Under the pieces are notes generated by a model. It was not told the DNA's origin. It did no database searches and saw nothing but the letters and a program-made list of their open reading frames with translations. Position numbers and translations under genes: made by a program. Positions 30,682 through 39,763 of a stretch of DNA of 64,000 nt are shown here, piece by piece. Position 1 is the first letter of the stretch; each line of letters starts with the position of its first letter. The DNA lies in assembly GCA_039931975.1 (NCBI GenBank), contig JBDTQW010000002.1:3452-67451 (forward strand). Reading direction: 5' to 3'. Origin of the DNA: Chloroflexota bacterium (GTDB lineage Bacteria; Chloroflexota; Limnocylindria; Limnocylindrales; CSP1-4).

Positions 30682-31287
30682 GTGACCCCGGGGACGTCCC
30701 GGCCCCTCGCCAACGGAGCGACCAAGCAGCCGATGACGACCCAGAACGGACGAGCATTCAACGAATGGCTACGAGCTCAGCTCAAAGCCAAGAAGATGTC
30801 GCAGCGCCAGCTCGCCCAGCAGTCCGGCGTCGACCACTCGACGATCTCGCGACTCATCCGGGGCGACCGGATGCCCTCGCTGGGCACCGCGACGAAGCTT
30901 GCCCGCGGCCTGCGCGAACTGCGCGACGACGCCGACACCCCCCAGTACCTGGGCCTCATGTCGTCCGGCTCGGCCAACCCGACCGCCCGAGTCGAATACG
31001 CCCTGCGCTCCGACGACGTCCTCGGCGAGCCACAGGTTCGCCAGATCATGGAGTACTACCTGGCCGTGCGGATGCGCCGTCTCGGTCGGACGTATGGTCC
31101 CGGCGTAGAGCCGACCCGACCGCTCCCGTCGCCCTACCTCCGTGGCGGAGGCGCTGCGCCCAGCCCGATGGGTGCGGGCAGCTCCGGAACCTCGACCAGC
31201 ACGAGCACGATCAACGGACAGACCCGCCTGGGGACTGTCCGCTCCTCGAACCGGCCACCGTCGGGGCGACCGACCAGCCGCTACTGA
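30682..31287 (+). CDS. XRE-family helix-turn-helix transcriptional regulator
   Basis: The HTH segment is MSQRQLAQQSGVDHSTISRLIRGDRMPSLGTATKLARGL. The C-terminal half is low complexity. Candidate starts are the GTG at 30682 (ATAGTT lies 5 nt upstream, so possibly leaderless) and the ATG at 30733. Confidence 0.75.
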   Translation: MTPGTSRPLANGATKQPMTTQNGRAFNEWLRAQLKAKKMSQRQLAQQSGVDHSTISRLIRGDRMPSLGTATKLARGLRELRDDADTPQYLGLMSSGSANPTARVEYALRSDDVLGEPQVRQIMEYYLAVRMRRLGRTYGPGVEPTRPLPSPYLRGGGAAPSPMGAGSSGTSTSTSTINGQTRLGTVRSSNRPPSGRPTSRY

Positions 31288-31340
31288 CCTAGCCTTCACC
31301 GACCCGGACACGCCCTCCACGTCCGGGTCACGGGGAATCG

Positions 31341-31379
31341 CGAACGCCGGCCCACTGGGGGGGTCGGCGTTCGTTTCTT
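31341..31379 (+). terminator. Intrinsic terminator downstream of the XRE regulator gene
   Basis: cgaacgccg [15-nt loop] cggcgttcg is a 9-bp perfect stem, followed immediately by TTTCTT. Confidence 0.6.
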
Positions 31380-31410
31380 GGGCTCGTTCCCGAGGTCGAC
31401 CCCAGCCCGG

Positions 31411-33057
31411 CTAGGGTCGAGGCACGTAGACGGACAGGGTTCGACCGGCGGCGGGGGCCCAGCGGTCGACCAGGTCGACCGGTACCGGCCAGGAGCCTTG
31501 CAGCGCGGCCTCTTCGGCCGGACCGCCGCAGTCAGTCACGAACAGGTCGTCGCACAGGACCACGACCGCAGCAGCTGGATCCGGCGCGGGGTCGCCGGCC
31601 GCAGGCGTGGCATTGCCCGGCAGATCGATGACGACCTCCCGCCGACCCCTTGCCAACGGGAAGCCATAGGCCTCGGTCGACTTGAACACCGGCACACCGA
31701 TCATGTGGATCGGCCGGGCGCCGGCGGCTACCTCGATCCGCTCGCCGGCCTGCCGTGCGGCCGGCCAGCCCCCGTCCGGGGCGACCAGCGGCGGCCACAG
31801 GGTGACGTTCCAGACCGCGAGCCCGACGAGGGCCACGACCAGTCCGAGCCGAACCGCCGGCTCTCCTCCGGCGGTGCCGGCCGGCACCGTTTGCCCGACC
31901 TCGCCACCGTCCTCGATGGCCGGCCTCGCCATGGCGTGTCCGCCCTCGGCTCGCTCGTGGCCTCGCCACACGGCCGCGACGACGAGCCCCAGGGCCACGA
32001 ATACGATGGGGTCAAGGAATGCGTGGTAGTGGTCGACCGGGAGCGGCGTCACACTCGCCAGCGCCGAGGCGCCCAGCGACAGCACGAGCCAGCCGATCAG
32101 CAGCGTCGCACCGAGCCAGCGAGCCCCCGTCCGTTCACGTCCGTGAGCCGAGGTGGCGCGCCAGGCGAGGCCCGCTGCCACGAGCATGCCGGCCACCACG
32201 CCAACCGCCAATCCGCCGGTGAGGAGACCGGTCAGCGGCCACGCCAGGATCCGGAGCCCGACGAACAGGAATCGAAGAGGCAGGTCGGCCGAAAGCCCCG
32301 TGCCGCCCGAGGCCAGGAACGCGAACGCTGCCCGTGTTTCGCTGAACTCTTGCCCGAGCTCATGGGCGATCAACGGCAGGTACCCCGCGACGAAGACCGC
32401 GATCGCGCCAAGTCCTGCCAGCCTCAGCCTCCGGCGGTCCGCGCCGGGCGGAGTCGCCCTGCGTGCCACGAGCCACAGGCCGACGATGGCCGGCAGCAGC
32501 GCGATCCCGAGGACGTGCGACTGGATCGTCACCGCCAGACCCGCCGCCGAGACCAGCCACCAGACAGGTCGACCTGTGGTCCGCGCCCGCCACGCGGCAG
32601 CCAACGCGGCGATGCTCGCGAGGGCGACGAGGTTGGGATTCCAGATGAACGTGGACGACGCGATCGCGCTCGACGACAAGGCCATCGCCAGCCCGGCCAC
32701 GAACCCGGCGAGTGGGCCGCCGATGGACCGAGCCAGCCACCAGGTTACGGCTACTGCCGCGACCCCGGCCACGGCGATCTCGGTCACCACGGCGGTCGGG
32801 TACGCTCCCGACACGAAGGCTGCCGGCGCGAGCAGGTAGTAGAGCAGCGCTCCGTGGTGGATCGCGCCGATCGAGGTGGGCGGTCCTAGGAGCGGGAGGG
32901 TCCCGTTACGGACGAGCCCGAGCAGGACCAGCATCTCCTGGCCCTGGTCCGCGTCCCACGTGCCTCGACCCGGCAGGCCGATGAACCGGACCAGCACGGC
33001 CAGCAGGACGATCGCTCCCAGCCCGAACAGCTCGCGTCGATCGAGCGACGGCTTCAC
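31411..33057 (-). CDS. GT-C fold membrane glycosyltransferase, PMT_2/GT39 (ArnT-like) family
   Basis: A 548-aa protein with about 10 or more TM segments, an N-terminal loop RGTWDADQGQEM and a C-terminal soluble domain. The GTG start overlaps the nfo stop (GTGA). Confidence 0.7.
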   Translation of the reverse strand: MKPSLDRRELFGLGAIVLLAVLVRFIGLPGRGTWDADQGQEMLVLLGLVRNGTLPLLGPPTSIGAIHHGALLYYLLAPAAFVSGAYPTAVVTEIAVAGVAAVAVTWWLARSIGGPLAGFVAGLAMALSSSAIASSTFIWNPNLVALASIAALAAAWRARTTGRPVWWLVSAAGLAVTIQSHVLGIALLPAIVGLWLVARRATPPGADRRRLRLAGLGAIAVFVAGYLPLIAHELGQEFSETRAAFAFLASGGTGLSADLPLRFLFVGLRILAWPLTGLLTGGLAVGVVAGMLVAAGLAWRATSAHGRERTGARWLGATLLIGWLVLSLGASALASVTPLPVDHYHAFLDPIVFVALGLVVAAVWRGHERAEGGHAMARPAIEDGGEVGQTVPAGTAGGEPAVRLGLVVALVGLAVWNVTLWPPLVAPDGGWPAARQAGERIEVAAGARPIHMIGVPVFKSTEAYGFPLARGRREVVIDLPGNATPAAGDPAPDPAAAVVVLCDDLFVTDCGGPAEEAALQGSWPVPVDLVDRWAPAAGRTLSVYVPRP

Positions 33058-34064
33058 CGGGGCGCCCCGGGGCGTCCACCACGGTCTGTCGCAGGCTCTT
33101 CGACGGCGTCCTCATCCGCCGCTGGATGTGTGCGCGATCGACTACCGCGCAGGTTCATCGCCCCCGGCGGAAGCTCGGCCAGCGGCCGGCCTGCGAGGAG
33201 ATCGCGGACCCTGGCCGCGTTCACGGCGTCGTAGCCTTCGTCCATCCCCGGTGTCTCGAGGTAGTAGGCGGCGCCCGCCAGTCGAGGGTGGGTGAGCAGG
33301 GCCCGCATCCCATCGGCGCCGATCGAGCCCGCTCCGATGTGCTGATGGCGGTCCATCCGCGACCCGAGCTCCGAGTGCGAGTCGTTGAGGTGGATCATCG
33401 CCAATCGATCGAGCCCGATCAGCCGGTCGAACTCGTTGACCAGGCGATCGACCTCGGCCGGATCCGAGATGCGATAGCCGGCGCCCCACAGGTGGGCCGT
33501 GTCGAGACAGACCGCGGCCTGCGAGCTCGGTACCCCTCTGGCCGCGATGGCATCGAGGACGCCGGCGATCTCCTCGAGGGTGCTACCAAGCCCATCGCCG
33601 CTCCCAGCCGAGTTCTCCAGGACGAGCGTCGCGGCGTCCGGTCCGCGGTCGACCTCGGCCAGGACCCTGGCGACGCCGTCGGCAAGGCGCGTCGTGCCGG
33701 TCGCAACGTCCGTCCCGCGATGGGATCCGATGTGGACGTTGACGTAGCGCGCACCGAACGCTGGTGCCACCCGCAGCTCGGTCGCCAGCACGTCGATCGA
33801 CCGCTCGGCGAAGGCCCGGTCGGAGCCTGCGAGGTTGACTAGGTAGGCGGCGTGGATCGCGATCGGTCCAAGCTCGAGCTCATCGACGCGAGTCCGGAAT
33901 GCCGGCAACTCCTTGGGCGGCGCGCCTCGTCGGCGCCAGGCGGTCGGGTTGTCGCTGAAGATCTGGAGCGTGTCGAGCCCGATGGCATGCGCACGCTCCG
34001 CGGCGCGGACCATCCCGTGGCCGAGCGGGAGGTGGGCGCCGATGCGTCGGCCGTCGGGGTCCAT
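33054..34064 (-). CDS. nfo: Endonuclease IV (deoxyribonuclease IV)
   Basis: MDPDGRRIGAHLP...LQIFSDNPTAW...IHAAYLVNLAG...VNVHIGSH...LVLENSAG...CLDTAHLWGAGY...IHLNDS gives the full set of Nfo metal-ligand motifs. The ATG at 34064 was verified in the DNA. There is a ~45-aa C-terminal extension. It occupies the lower 336 aa of the artefactual 701-aa track ORF. Confidence 0.92.
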   Translation of the reverse strand: MDPDGRRIGAHLPLGHGMVRAAERAHAIGLDTLQIFSDNPTAWRRRGAPPKELPAFRTRVDELELGPIAIHAAYLVNLAGSDRAFAERSIDVLATELRVAPAFGARYVNVHIGSHRGTDVATGTTRLADGVARVLAEVDRGPDAATLVLENSAGSGDGLGSTLEEIAGVLDAIAARGVPSSQAAVCLDTAHLWGAGYRISDPAEVDRLVNEFDRLIGLDRLAMIHLNDSHSELGSRMDRHQHIGAGSIGADGMRALLTHPRLAGAAYYLETPGMDEGYDAVNAARVRDLLAGRPLAELPPGAMNLRGSRSRTHPAADEDAVEEPATDRGGRPGAPR

Positions 34065-34163
34065 CCCGGCATCGTACGGTCTAGCGCTGATACCGCGTCC
34101 GGCGCCCACCGCGGGCCGCGAACGTGAACACCTCGTGCAGCGCTCCGACAGGGCGGGGCGACG

Positions 34164-34172
34164 TGGTAGGTT
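34164..34172 (+). promoter_or_regulatory. Extended -10-like TGGTAGGTT, 6 nt upstream of the DUF2087 ATG (predicts a leaderless mRNA)
   Basis: gacgTGGTAGGTTcccgtcATG with no SD. Confidence 0.4.
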
Positions 34173-34178
34173 CCCGTC

Positions 34179-34442
34179 ATGGAACGACCGTCCTACGAGG
34201 ACAAGGTCATCCGGGCATTCATCCGCGAAGACCGGCTGGTGTCCATCCCTGCCCGGGACAAGAAACGCCGGGTGATCCTGCGGTTCTTGGTCGAGCGTTG
34301 CTTCGTCGAGGATCGAGCCTACCCCGAGAAGGAGATCAACCAGCGGCTGGCGCTCTACCATCCCGACGTCGCGGCGCTCCGGCGCTATCTCGTCGAGGCA
34401 GGGTTCATGACCCGGGACGCGGGGGAGTACCGTCGCGCCTGA
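34179..34442 (+). CDS. DUF2087 domain protein
   Basis: 87 aa; VIRAFIREDRLVSIPARDKKRRVILRFLVERCF...YPEKEINQRLALYHPDVAALRRYLVEAGFMTRD matches the DUF2087 pattern as I recall it. Confidence 0.65.
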   Translation: MERPSYEDKVIRAFIREDRLVSIPARDKKRRVILRFLVERCFVEDRAYPEKEINQRLALYHPDVAALRRYLVEAGFMTRDAGEYRRA

Positions 34443-34498
34443 CGGTCGCCGGCGACCAGGCGGCTGGCGCGAGGGGCGGAGCGCGCTGGCCGACCCCC

Positions 34499-35098
34499 TC
34501 AGCCAGCGGCTGTCGCGCCTCGGCCCGCGACGCCCGGAGCATAGGACCCGCCGATGACCGGCTCGATCAACCCGAAGTCGCCGTCGGAACGGCGGTAGAC
34601 GAGCGCCAGCTGCTCGTTCTCGGCGTTGACGAACAGGAAGAAGCTGTGGCCGAGCTCCTCCATCCGGGCGATCGCGTCCTCCTCGAACATCGGCTCGATC
34701 GCGAAGCGCTTCGTCTTGACGATCCGGCGCGGCCGCCCGGCGTCGGCCGTCCCGTCCGCCAGGCGACTCAGGAGGTGCTTCTCCTCCGTCGGTCGGGCGC
34801 GTACGCGGGGCTTCTCGCGATGGTCGACCGCCTGGCGCTCGAGCTTGTCGATCACGACGTCGATGGCCGCTTCGTGGCTGACCGCGGCGGCTCGGCTGCG
34901 CAGGGGCCGGCCGTCGATGACCAGGGTGACCTCGACGATCCGTGAAACGTCCTGGCTGCGGTGGTGCTCCACGGACAGCTCGACGAGGGCGTCGCTCCGG
35001 TCGTCCAGGATCCGCTCGATGCGAGCCAGCTTCCGCTCGGCGCGACGTCGAAGGGCCTCGGGGACTTCGAAGTTCTTGCCCCTGACGATCGTCCTCAC
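34499..35098 (-). CDS. hpf: Ribosome hibernation promoting factor, long form
   Basis: The N-terminal sigma-54-modulation/RaiA fold is RGKNFEVPEALRRRAERKLARIERIL. The C-terminal dimerisation domain is IVKTKRFAIEPMFEEDAIARMEELGHSFFLFVNAENEQLALVYRRSDGDFGLIEP. GTG start with GGGGAGG upstream. Confidence 0.92.
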   Translation of the reverse strand: MRTIVRGKNFEVPEALRRRAERKLARIERILDDRSDALVELSVEHHRSQDVSRIVEVTLVIDGRPLRSRAAAVSHEAAIDVVIDKLERQAVDHREKPRVRARPTEEKHLLSRLADGTADAGRPRRIVKTKRFAIEPMFEEDAIARMEELGHSFFLFVNAENEQLALVYRRSDGDFGLIEPVIGGSYAPGVAGRGATAAG

Positions 35099-35185
35099 GG
35101 AACCTCCCCGAGGCCCTTGGCGCGCGGACGTCGCCGTGATGGTGACGCCGATGCCGCACCCAGACGGCCTCCTCGTCGTCCAGCG

Positions 35186-35191
35186 AGTATA
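35186..35191 (-). promoter_or_regulatory. Putative -10 (TATACT) for hpf
   Basis: The minus strand reads gggccTATACTcgctgg about 88 nt upstream of the hpf GTG, in the comFC-hpf spacer. Confidence 0.3.
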
Positions 35192-35214
35192 GGCCCGTGG
35201 TCGACCCGCTCGGG

Positions 35215-35910
35215 TCAGCGCTCGCGAGCGACGGTCAGCCCGGACACCGCCAGGGCACCCGCGGCCATCAGTGTCTCAGCGCATGCCGCGAGCGTCGCGC
35301 CAGTGGTCGTCACGTCGTCGATGACGATGACCCAGCGGCCATGCACCCTGGTCTCGGTCCCACCGGGGCAAAGTCGGAAGGCGCCGGACACGTTGGCTCC
35401 GCGGCGAGCTCGATCGAGGTCGAACTGGGCGATGGTCCGCCGATGGCGCTCGAGGATCGCTGCGGTCGTCAGCCCGAGACGAGCTCCGACGACGTCGGCC
35501 AGGAGCGCGGCCTGATCGTATCCCCGCTCGCGCGCCCGATCGGCATGGACGGGCACCGGGACGACCAGGTCGCCGCCCGCACCCGCTCGCCGCCAGCGCT
35601 GGGCGGCCGCCTCGCCGAGCGGCTCGGCCAGCCGCCGCTCGCCCGAGTACTTCAGGGCATGGAGGGCGGCCCGGACCGTGCCTGCGAAGGGCGCGGCCCA
35701 TTCGATCTGGACCAGCGGTGCAGGCAGCTGGGCCGGCAGGCCGATCGGTGCGCCCGGCGCACGCTCGAGTCGGACCGCAAGTGACGGCCGACAGGCCGGG
35801 CAGATCGGGTCGCCTTCGCGGCCGCAACCTGGGCACCTCGCCGGCAGCGCCAGATCGAGCAGTCGATGGGCGAGCCCCGGCACCCAGGGATGGTGCCATG
35901 CAGGGCTCAT
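35215..35910 (-). CDS. comFC: ComF family protein (ComFC-type phosphoribosyltransferase-fold)
   Basis: The N-terminal Zn-finger is CPGCG...CPAC. The C-terminal PRTase motif is VIVIDDVTTTGATL. Confidence 0.88.
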   Translation of the reverse strand: MSPAWHHPWVPGLAHRLLDLALPARCPGCGREGDPICPACRPSLAVRLERAPGAPIGLPAQLPAPLVQIEWAAPFAGTVRAALHALKYSGERRLAEPLGEAAAQRWRRAGAGGDLVVPVPVHADRARERGYDQAALLADVVGARLGLTTAAILERHRRTIAQFDLDRARRGANVSGAFRLCPGGTETRVHGRWVIVIDDVTTTGATLAACAETLMAAGALAVSGLTVARER

Positions 35911-35928
35911 CCGGCAGTTACCCTCGGG

Positions 35929-36420
35929 TCACCGCCCCTCGAGCAGGATCCGGTCGCCCTGGGCCGTCCCGGTCCGCTCGATCGTGCCGGTCGGCAGCTC
36001 CAGGGTCCCGTGGGCGCCCCGGACGTACCAGACGATGCCTCGCCACGGACGCACGGTGCGTCGTATGCCGACCACCTCGCGCGTGCCGTCTGCCGGCGAC
36101 GGATGGCCGACGAACACGCAGTCGATCGCGAACCGCATGAACATCATGTGGATCCCGTTGCTGCCGGGCAGCCACAGCCCAGCATCCTCAGGGAGTTCGC
36201 GCCGACCCATGAGGCCACGGAACTTGGCCCACAGCGAATCGGCCGACTCGAGTGAGTCGGCCAGGACGCTCTGCCGGGTGACGTTGGAGGCGCGCAGGAT
36301 CGTCGATCCGCCGCTCGGACGAAGGCCCGTGCGGGCGCGGGTCAGCTGACCTTGAGGTTCTTGACGATCAGGATGATGGCCGGCCCGAGGATGACGATGA
36401 AGAGCGACGGGAAGATGCAT
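35929..36420 (-). CDS. DUF192 domain protein
   Basis: The DUF192 core is ADSLWAKFRGLMGRRELPEDAGLWLPGSNGIHMMFMRFAIDCVFV.... There is no ATG/GTG/TTG between the tadC stop and the conserved core. The nearest canonical in-frame start is the ATG at 36420, 79 nt inside tadC. The start is therefore uncertain. Confidence 0.6.
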   Translation of the reverse strand: MHLPVALHRHPRAGHHPDRQEPQGQLTRARTGLRPSGGSTILRASNVTRQSVLADSLESADSLWAKFRGLMGRRELPEDAGLWLPGSNGIHMMFMRFAIDCVFVGHPSPADGTREVVGIRRTVRPWRGIVWYVRGAHGTLELPTGTIERTGTAQGDRILLEGR

Positions 36421-37268
36421 CCGACCAGCGGGAACAGCATCTTGATCGGCGCCTTCGCGGCCATCTCCTCGGCGCGCTGGCGGCGCTCGATCCGGAGCTG
36501 CTCTGACTGGACCTGGAGGACCTTCGAGATCGACACGCCGAGCTGCTCGGCCTGGATGATTGCGCCGATGAAGTTGGTGAGCGGCGCCACCTCGGTTCGC
36601 GGGACCATGTCGCGCAGGGCTTCCCGGCGCGACTTTCCGACGCGAACCTCGGCCAGCGCCCGGCGGAACTCGTCGGACAACGGGCCCTTGAGCTTCTCGA
36701 CCACCTTGGCCAGCGCGGCGTCGAAGCCGAGACCGGCCCGGACGGAGATCGTCAGCAGGTCGAGTGTGTCCGGGATCATGATCAGGATCGCCTTCTGGCG
36801 AGCCTTGATCCGCCGTCCCAGCCAGAATTCCGGGGCGATGAAGCCGATCAGACCGCCGACCATCGCGCCGAGGATCCCGCCGATGATCCCCATGTTGAGG
36901 ACGGCCAGGGCGAGCAGGAAGGTCAGGATCGAGAAGATGATCGTGAAGATGCCCTTGATCCCGAGCCACTCGGTGACGCCCAGGTCGCCCGGGTTGCCGG
37001 CAAGCGCCAGCCGCTTCTGGGTCCGGTCGCCGAACGACTGACTCGTCACCCGGCCGACGGTGCCGGACATCCGGCTGGCCAGCGGGCGGAGGGTCCGCTC
37101 GAGGAAGGGCTGCTGAAGCTCAAGCTCTTCGAGGTTCTTGGCCTGCATCGTCCCGAGCTGGGTGAGGCGGGCCTGGACCGGGTCGACCGATCGACCGCCG
37201 GCGAGCCCGAAGACGATCAGCAGGATCGCCGCCGCCGCGATCGCGGCCACGAGAAGGGGAAGGATCAT
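36342..37268 (-). CDS. tadC: Tad pilus inner-membrane platform protein TadC (T2SS F domain)
   Basis: A 308-aa protein with the T2SSF-type topology and core (PDTLDLLTISVRAGLGFDAALAKV). It is paralogous to the upstream gene. Confidence 0.88.
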   Translation of the reverse strand: MILPLLVAAIAAAAILLIVFGLAGGRSVDPVQARLTQLGTMQAKNLEELELQQPFLERTLRPLASRMSGTVGRVTSQSFGDRTQKRLALAGNPGDLGVTEWLGIKGIFTIIFSILTFLLALAVLNMGIIGGILGAMVGGLIGFIAPEFWLGRRIKARQKAILIMIPDTLDLLTISVRAGLGFDAALAKVVEKLKGPLSDEFRRALAEVRVGKSRREALRDMVPRTEVAPLTNFIGAIIQAEQLGVSISKVLQVQSEQLRIERRQRAEEMAAKAPIKMLFPLVGCIFPSLFIVILGPAIILIVKNLKVS

Positions 37269-37269
37269 G

Positions 37270-38286
37270 TCAGACCTCGATGTCGACGATCTTGCGGATC
37301 GCCATGAAGCCGAGGAACATCATGAACCCACCGAAGAACAGGATGATCACGCCGACGGGCAACCCGGCGACCGCGACCTCCTTGTCGAACATCGGCTGCA
37401 TGAAGCCCGGTGCGGCGATGAACAGGAACATGGCCAGGCCGATCGGCAGGAACCCGACGACGTAGCCCGACAGACGCTGCTGGGCCGTCAGGGTCCGGAT
37501 CTCGCCCTTGATCCGGACTCGCTCACGAATGGTGAACGCGATCGAGTCGAGGATCTCGGCAAGGTTGCCGCCGACGGTGTGCTGGATGGAGATGGCCGTG
37601 GCCATCAGCTCGAGGTCGTCCGACTTGACCCGCCGGACCATGTTCTCGAGGGCCTGGTCGAACGGCAGGCCAAGGTTGACCTCGCGGATGACCCGGCCGA
37701 ACTCGGTCGAAACCGGCGGTCGCGACTCGCGCACCACCATCTCGATGGCCTGGAGGAACGAAGAGCCGGCGCGGAGCGCGTTGGCGATCAGGGTGATCGT
37801 GTCAGGCAGCTGCTTGTTGAAGGCGTTGAGCCGTCCGCTCTTGCGCCGTCCCAGCCAGAAGCGCGGCAGCCAGAAGCCGACGAGCCCGCCGATGAGCAGG
37901 AACAGCGGATTTCCGAGCGCCGGGAAGACGAACGAGAGCAGGAGCATGACCACCGGAACGCCGACGATCGAGCCGCCCCAGATCAGCAGGAACTCGCTCG
38001 GCTTGAGCTTGAGGTCGGCGCGGGCCAGGTCGCGCTGCAGGTTCGCCCCGAAGTCGCGCTGCTCGACGACCTTGTTGAGGCTCGCCAGCGCCTGGCTCTG
38101 GGCGATCAAGTCGGAGATCGCGCCCTGGCCGGTCGAGGTCGACTTGACCTTGTCCGGCTTCCCCGCGGCGTAGCGCTCGAGGCGCGCGCTGATGCCCGAG
38201 CTGCCGCCCGACGACGCCAGACCGAACGCGATCAGCAGGATGGCGAGGGCAGTGATCCCGGCTACAACGAGCGTCATCGACTCCAC
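37270..38286 (-). CDS. tadB: Tad pilus inner-membrane platform protein TadB (T2SS F domain)
   Basis: 338 aa; LPDTITLIANALRAGSSFLQAIEMV. Sits directly downstream of tadA. Confidence 0.88.
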   Translation of the reverse strand: MESMTLVVAGITALAILLIAFGLASSGGSSGISARLERYAAGKPDKVKSTSTGQGAISDLIAQSQALASLNKVVEQRDFGANLQRDLARADLKLKPSEFLLIWGGSIVGVPVVMLLLSFVFPALGNPLFLLIGGLVGFWLPRFWLGRRKSGRLNAFNKQLPDTITLIANALRAGSSFLQAIEMVVRESRPPVSTEFGRVIREVNLGLPFDQALENMVRRVKSDDLELMATAISIQHTVGGNLAEILDSIAFTIRERVRIKGEIRTLTAQQRLSGYVVGFLPIGLAMFLFIAAPGFMQPMFDKEVAVAGLPVGVIILFFGGFMMFLGFMAIRKIVDIEV

Positions 38287-38311
38287 GAGTGGGTCTCCTA
38301 GTTCTCGGCGG

Positions 38312-39727
38312 TCAGTAGTTGAAGCCGAACAGGCCCGGGGGCAGGTGGATGCCCTGGATTTCGAACTTCTCGACGAACTTCGGGCGGATCCCGGTCGGCT
38401 TCAGCCGGCCCTGGATCTTGCCCTCGATCACTCCGGACTGCTCGAAGACGAAAACGTCCTGCATGACGATGACGTCGCCTTCCATGCCCTGGACCTCGGT
38501 GATGTTGACGATCTTTCGGGTGCCGTCCTTGAGACGGCTCTGCTGGACGATCAGGTCGACGGCCGAGGCGACCTGCTCGCGAATCGCCCGGAGGGGCAGG
38601 TCCACGCCGGCCATCAGGACCATCGTCTCGAGGCGGGACAACATGTCGCGGGGCGAGTTTGCGTGGCCGGTGGACATCGAGCCGTCATGGCCGGTGTTCA
38701 TGGCCTGAAGCATATCGAGTGCTTCGCCCGAGCGGCACTCCCCGACGATGATCCGATCGGGCCGCATCCGGAGCGAGTTCCGGACGAGGTCGCGGATCGC
38801 GATCGCGCCCTTGCCCTCGATGTTCGGTGGGCGCGACTCGAGGGTGACCACGTGCTCCTGGCGAAGCTGGAGCTCGGCCGCGTCCTCGATGGTGATGATC
38901 CGCTCGTCGTTGGGGATGAACGAAGACAGGACGTTGAGCGTCGTGGTCTTGCCCGAGCCGGTACCGCCCGACACGAAGATGTTCAAGCGGGCCTCGACGC
39001 AGGCCTTGAGGAAGTCGAACATGTCGGCGGTCGCGGTCCCGAACCGGATGAGATCGTCCACCGTGAAGGGCGAGGCGGAGAACTTGCGGATCGTGATGAC
39101 CGGCCCGACCAGCGACAGCGGCGGGATGATGGCGTTCACTCGGGACCCGTCGGTCAGTCGGGCGTCGACCATCGGCGACGACTCGTCGACGCGCCGGCCG
39201 ATCGGGGCGATGATCCGATCGATGATCCGCATCACGTGGTCGTCGTTCTGGAAGACGACGTTGGTCAGCTCGAGCTTGCCCGAGCGCTCGATGTAGACCT
39301 GGCGCGGGCCGTTGACCATTACCTCGGTGATGCTCTCATCGCGCAGGAGCGGCTCGAGCGGCCCGAGGCCGATGATCTCGTCCGTGATCTGCTCGAGCAT
39401 CCGCACCCTTTCGGCACGGGTCAGGGCGAGGCCTTCCTCGTCGATGACCTTGCCGAAGATCTCCTCGATCTGGCGCCGGACCTCGACCTGATTGGACAGG
39501 TCGAGCTTCGGATCCAGGTCCTGGATGACCCGGTTCTGGATGCGGAACTTGACATCGCGGAAGGATTCCCGAACGGGGCCCTGCGACATCATCCGCGTCG
39601 ACGGCGTCGGCGGCGACGTTCCGACCGGACCGGCCGGACCCCCGCCCGCCGGTGCCGGTAGGTTTTCCGAGGGTCCACCCGGAGACGAGCCAGGACGAGC
39701 GCTCTCGATCCGCTTTAGGAGGGACAT
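38312..39727 (-). CDS. tadA: Tad pilus secretion ATPase TadA/CpaF
   Basis: Walker A is VSGGTGSGKTTTLN. Also seen: the Asp box, Walker B (RIITIEDAAEL) and the His box (TGHDGSMSTGHAN). The N-terminal ~45 aa are a P/G-rich extension. Confidence 0.95.
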   Translation of the reverse strand: MSLLKRIESARPGSSPGGPSENLPAPAGGGPAGPVGTSPPTPSTRMMSQGPVRESFRDVKFRIQNRVIQDLDPKLDLSNQVEVRRQIEEIFGKVIDEEGLALTRAERVRMLEQITDEIIGLGPLEPLLRDESITEVMVNGPRQVYIERSGKLELTNVVFQNDDHVMRIIDRIIAPIGRRVDESSPMVDARLTDGSRVNAIIPPLSLVGPVITIRKFSASPFTVDDLIRFGTATADMFDFLKACVEARLNIFVSGGTGSGKTTTLNVLSSFIPNDERIITIEDAAELQLRQEHVVTLESRPPNIEGKGAIAIRDLVRNSLRMRPDRIIVGECRSGEALDMLQAMNTGHDGSMSTGHANSPRDMLSRLETMVLMAGVDLPLRAIREQVASAVDLIVQQSRLKDGTRKIVNITEVQGMEGDVIVMQDVFVFEQSGVIEGKIQGRLKPTGIRPKFVEKFEIQGIHLPPGLFGFNY

Positions 39728-39763
39728 CGCCTTACACCCCTTCAGGCCCGTTCGGGCCGACTG

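Noticed and set aside
33054-35159. A 701-aa minus-strand ORF spanning nfo, the DUF2087 region and hpf.
   Set aside because: Only the last 336 aa, from the ATG at 34064, are Nfo. The upstream part is R/P/G-rich read-through antisense to DUF2087, and out of frame over hpf (which is on the same strand).
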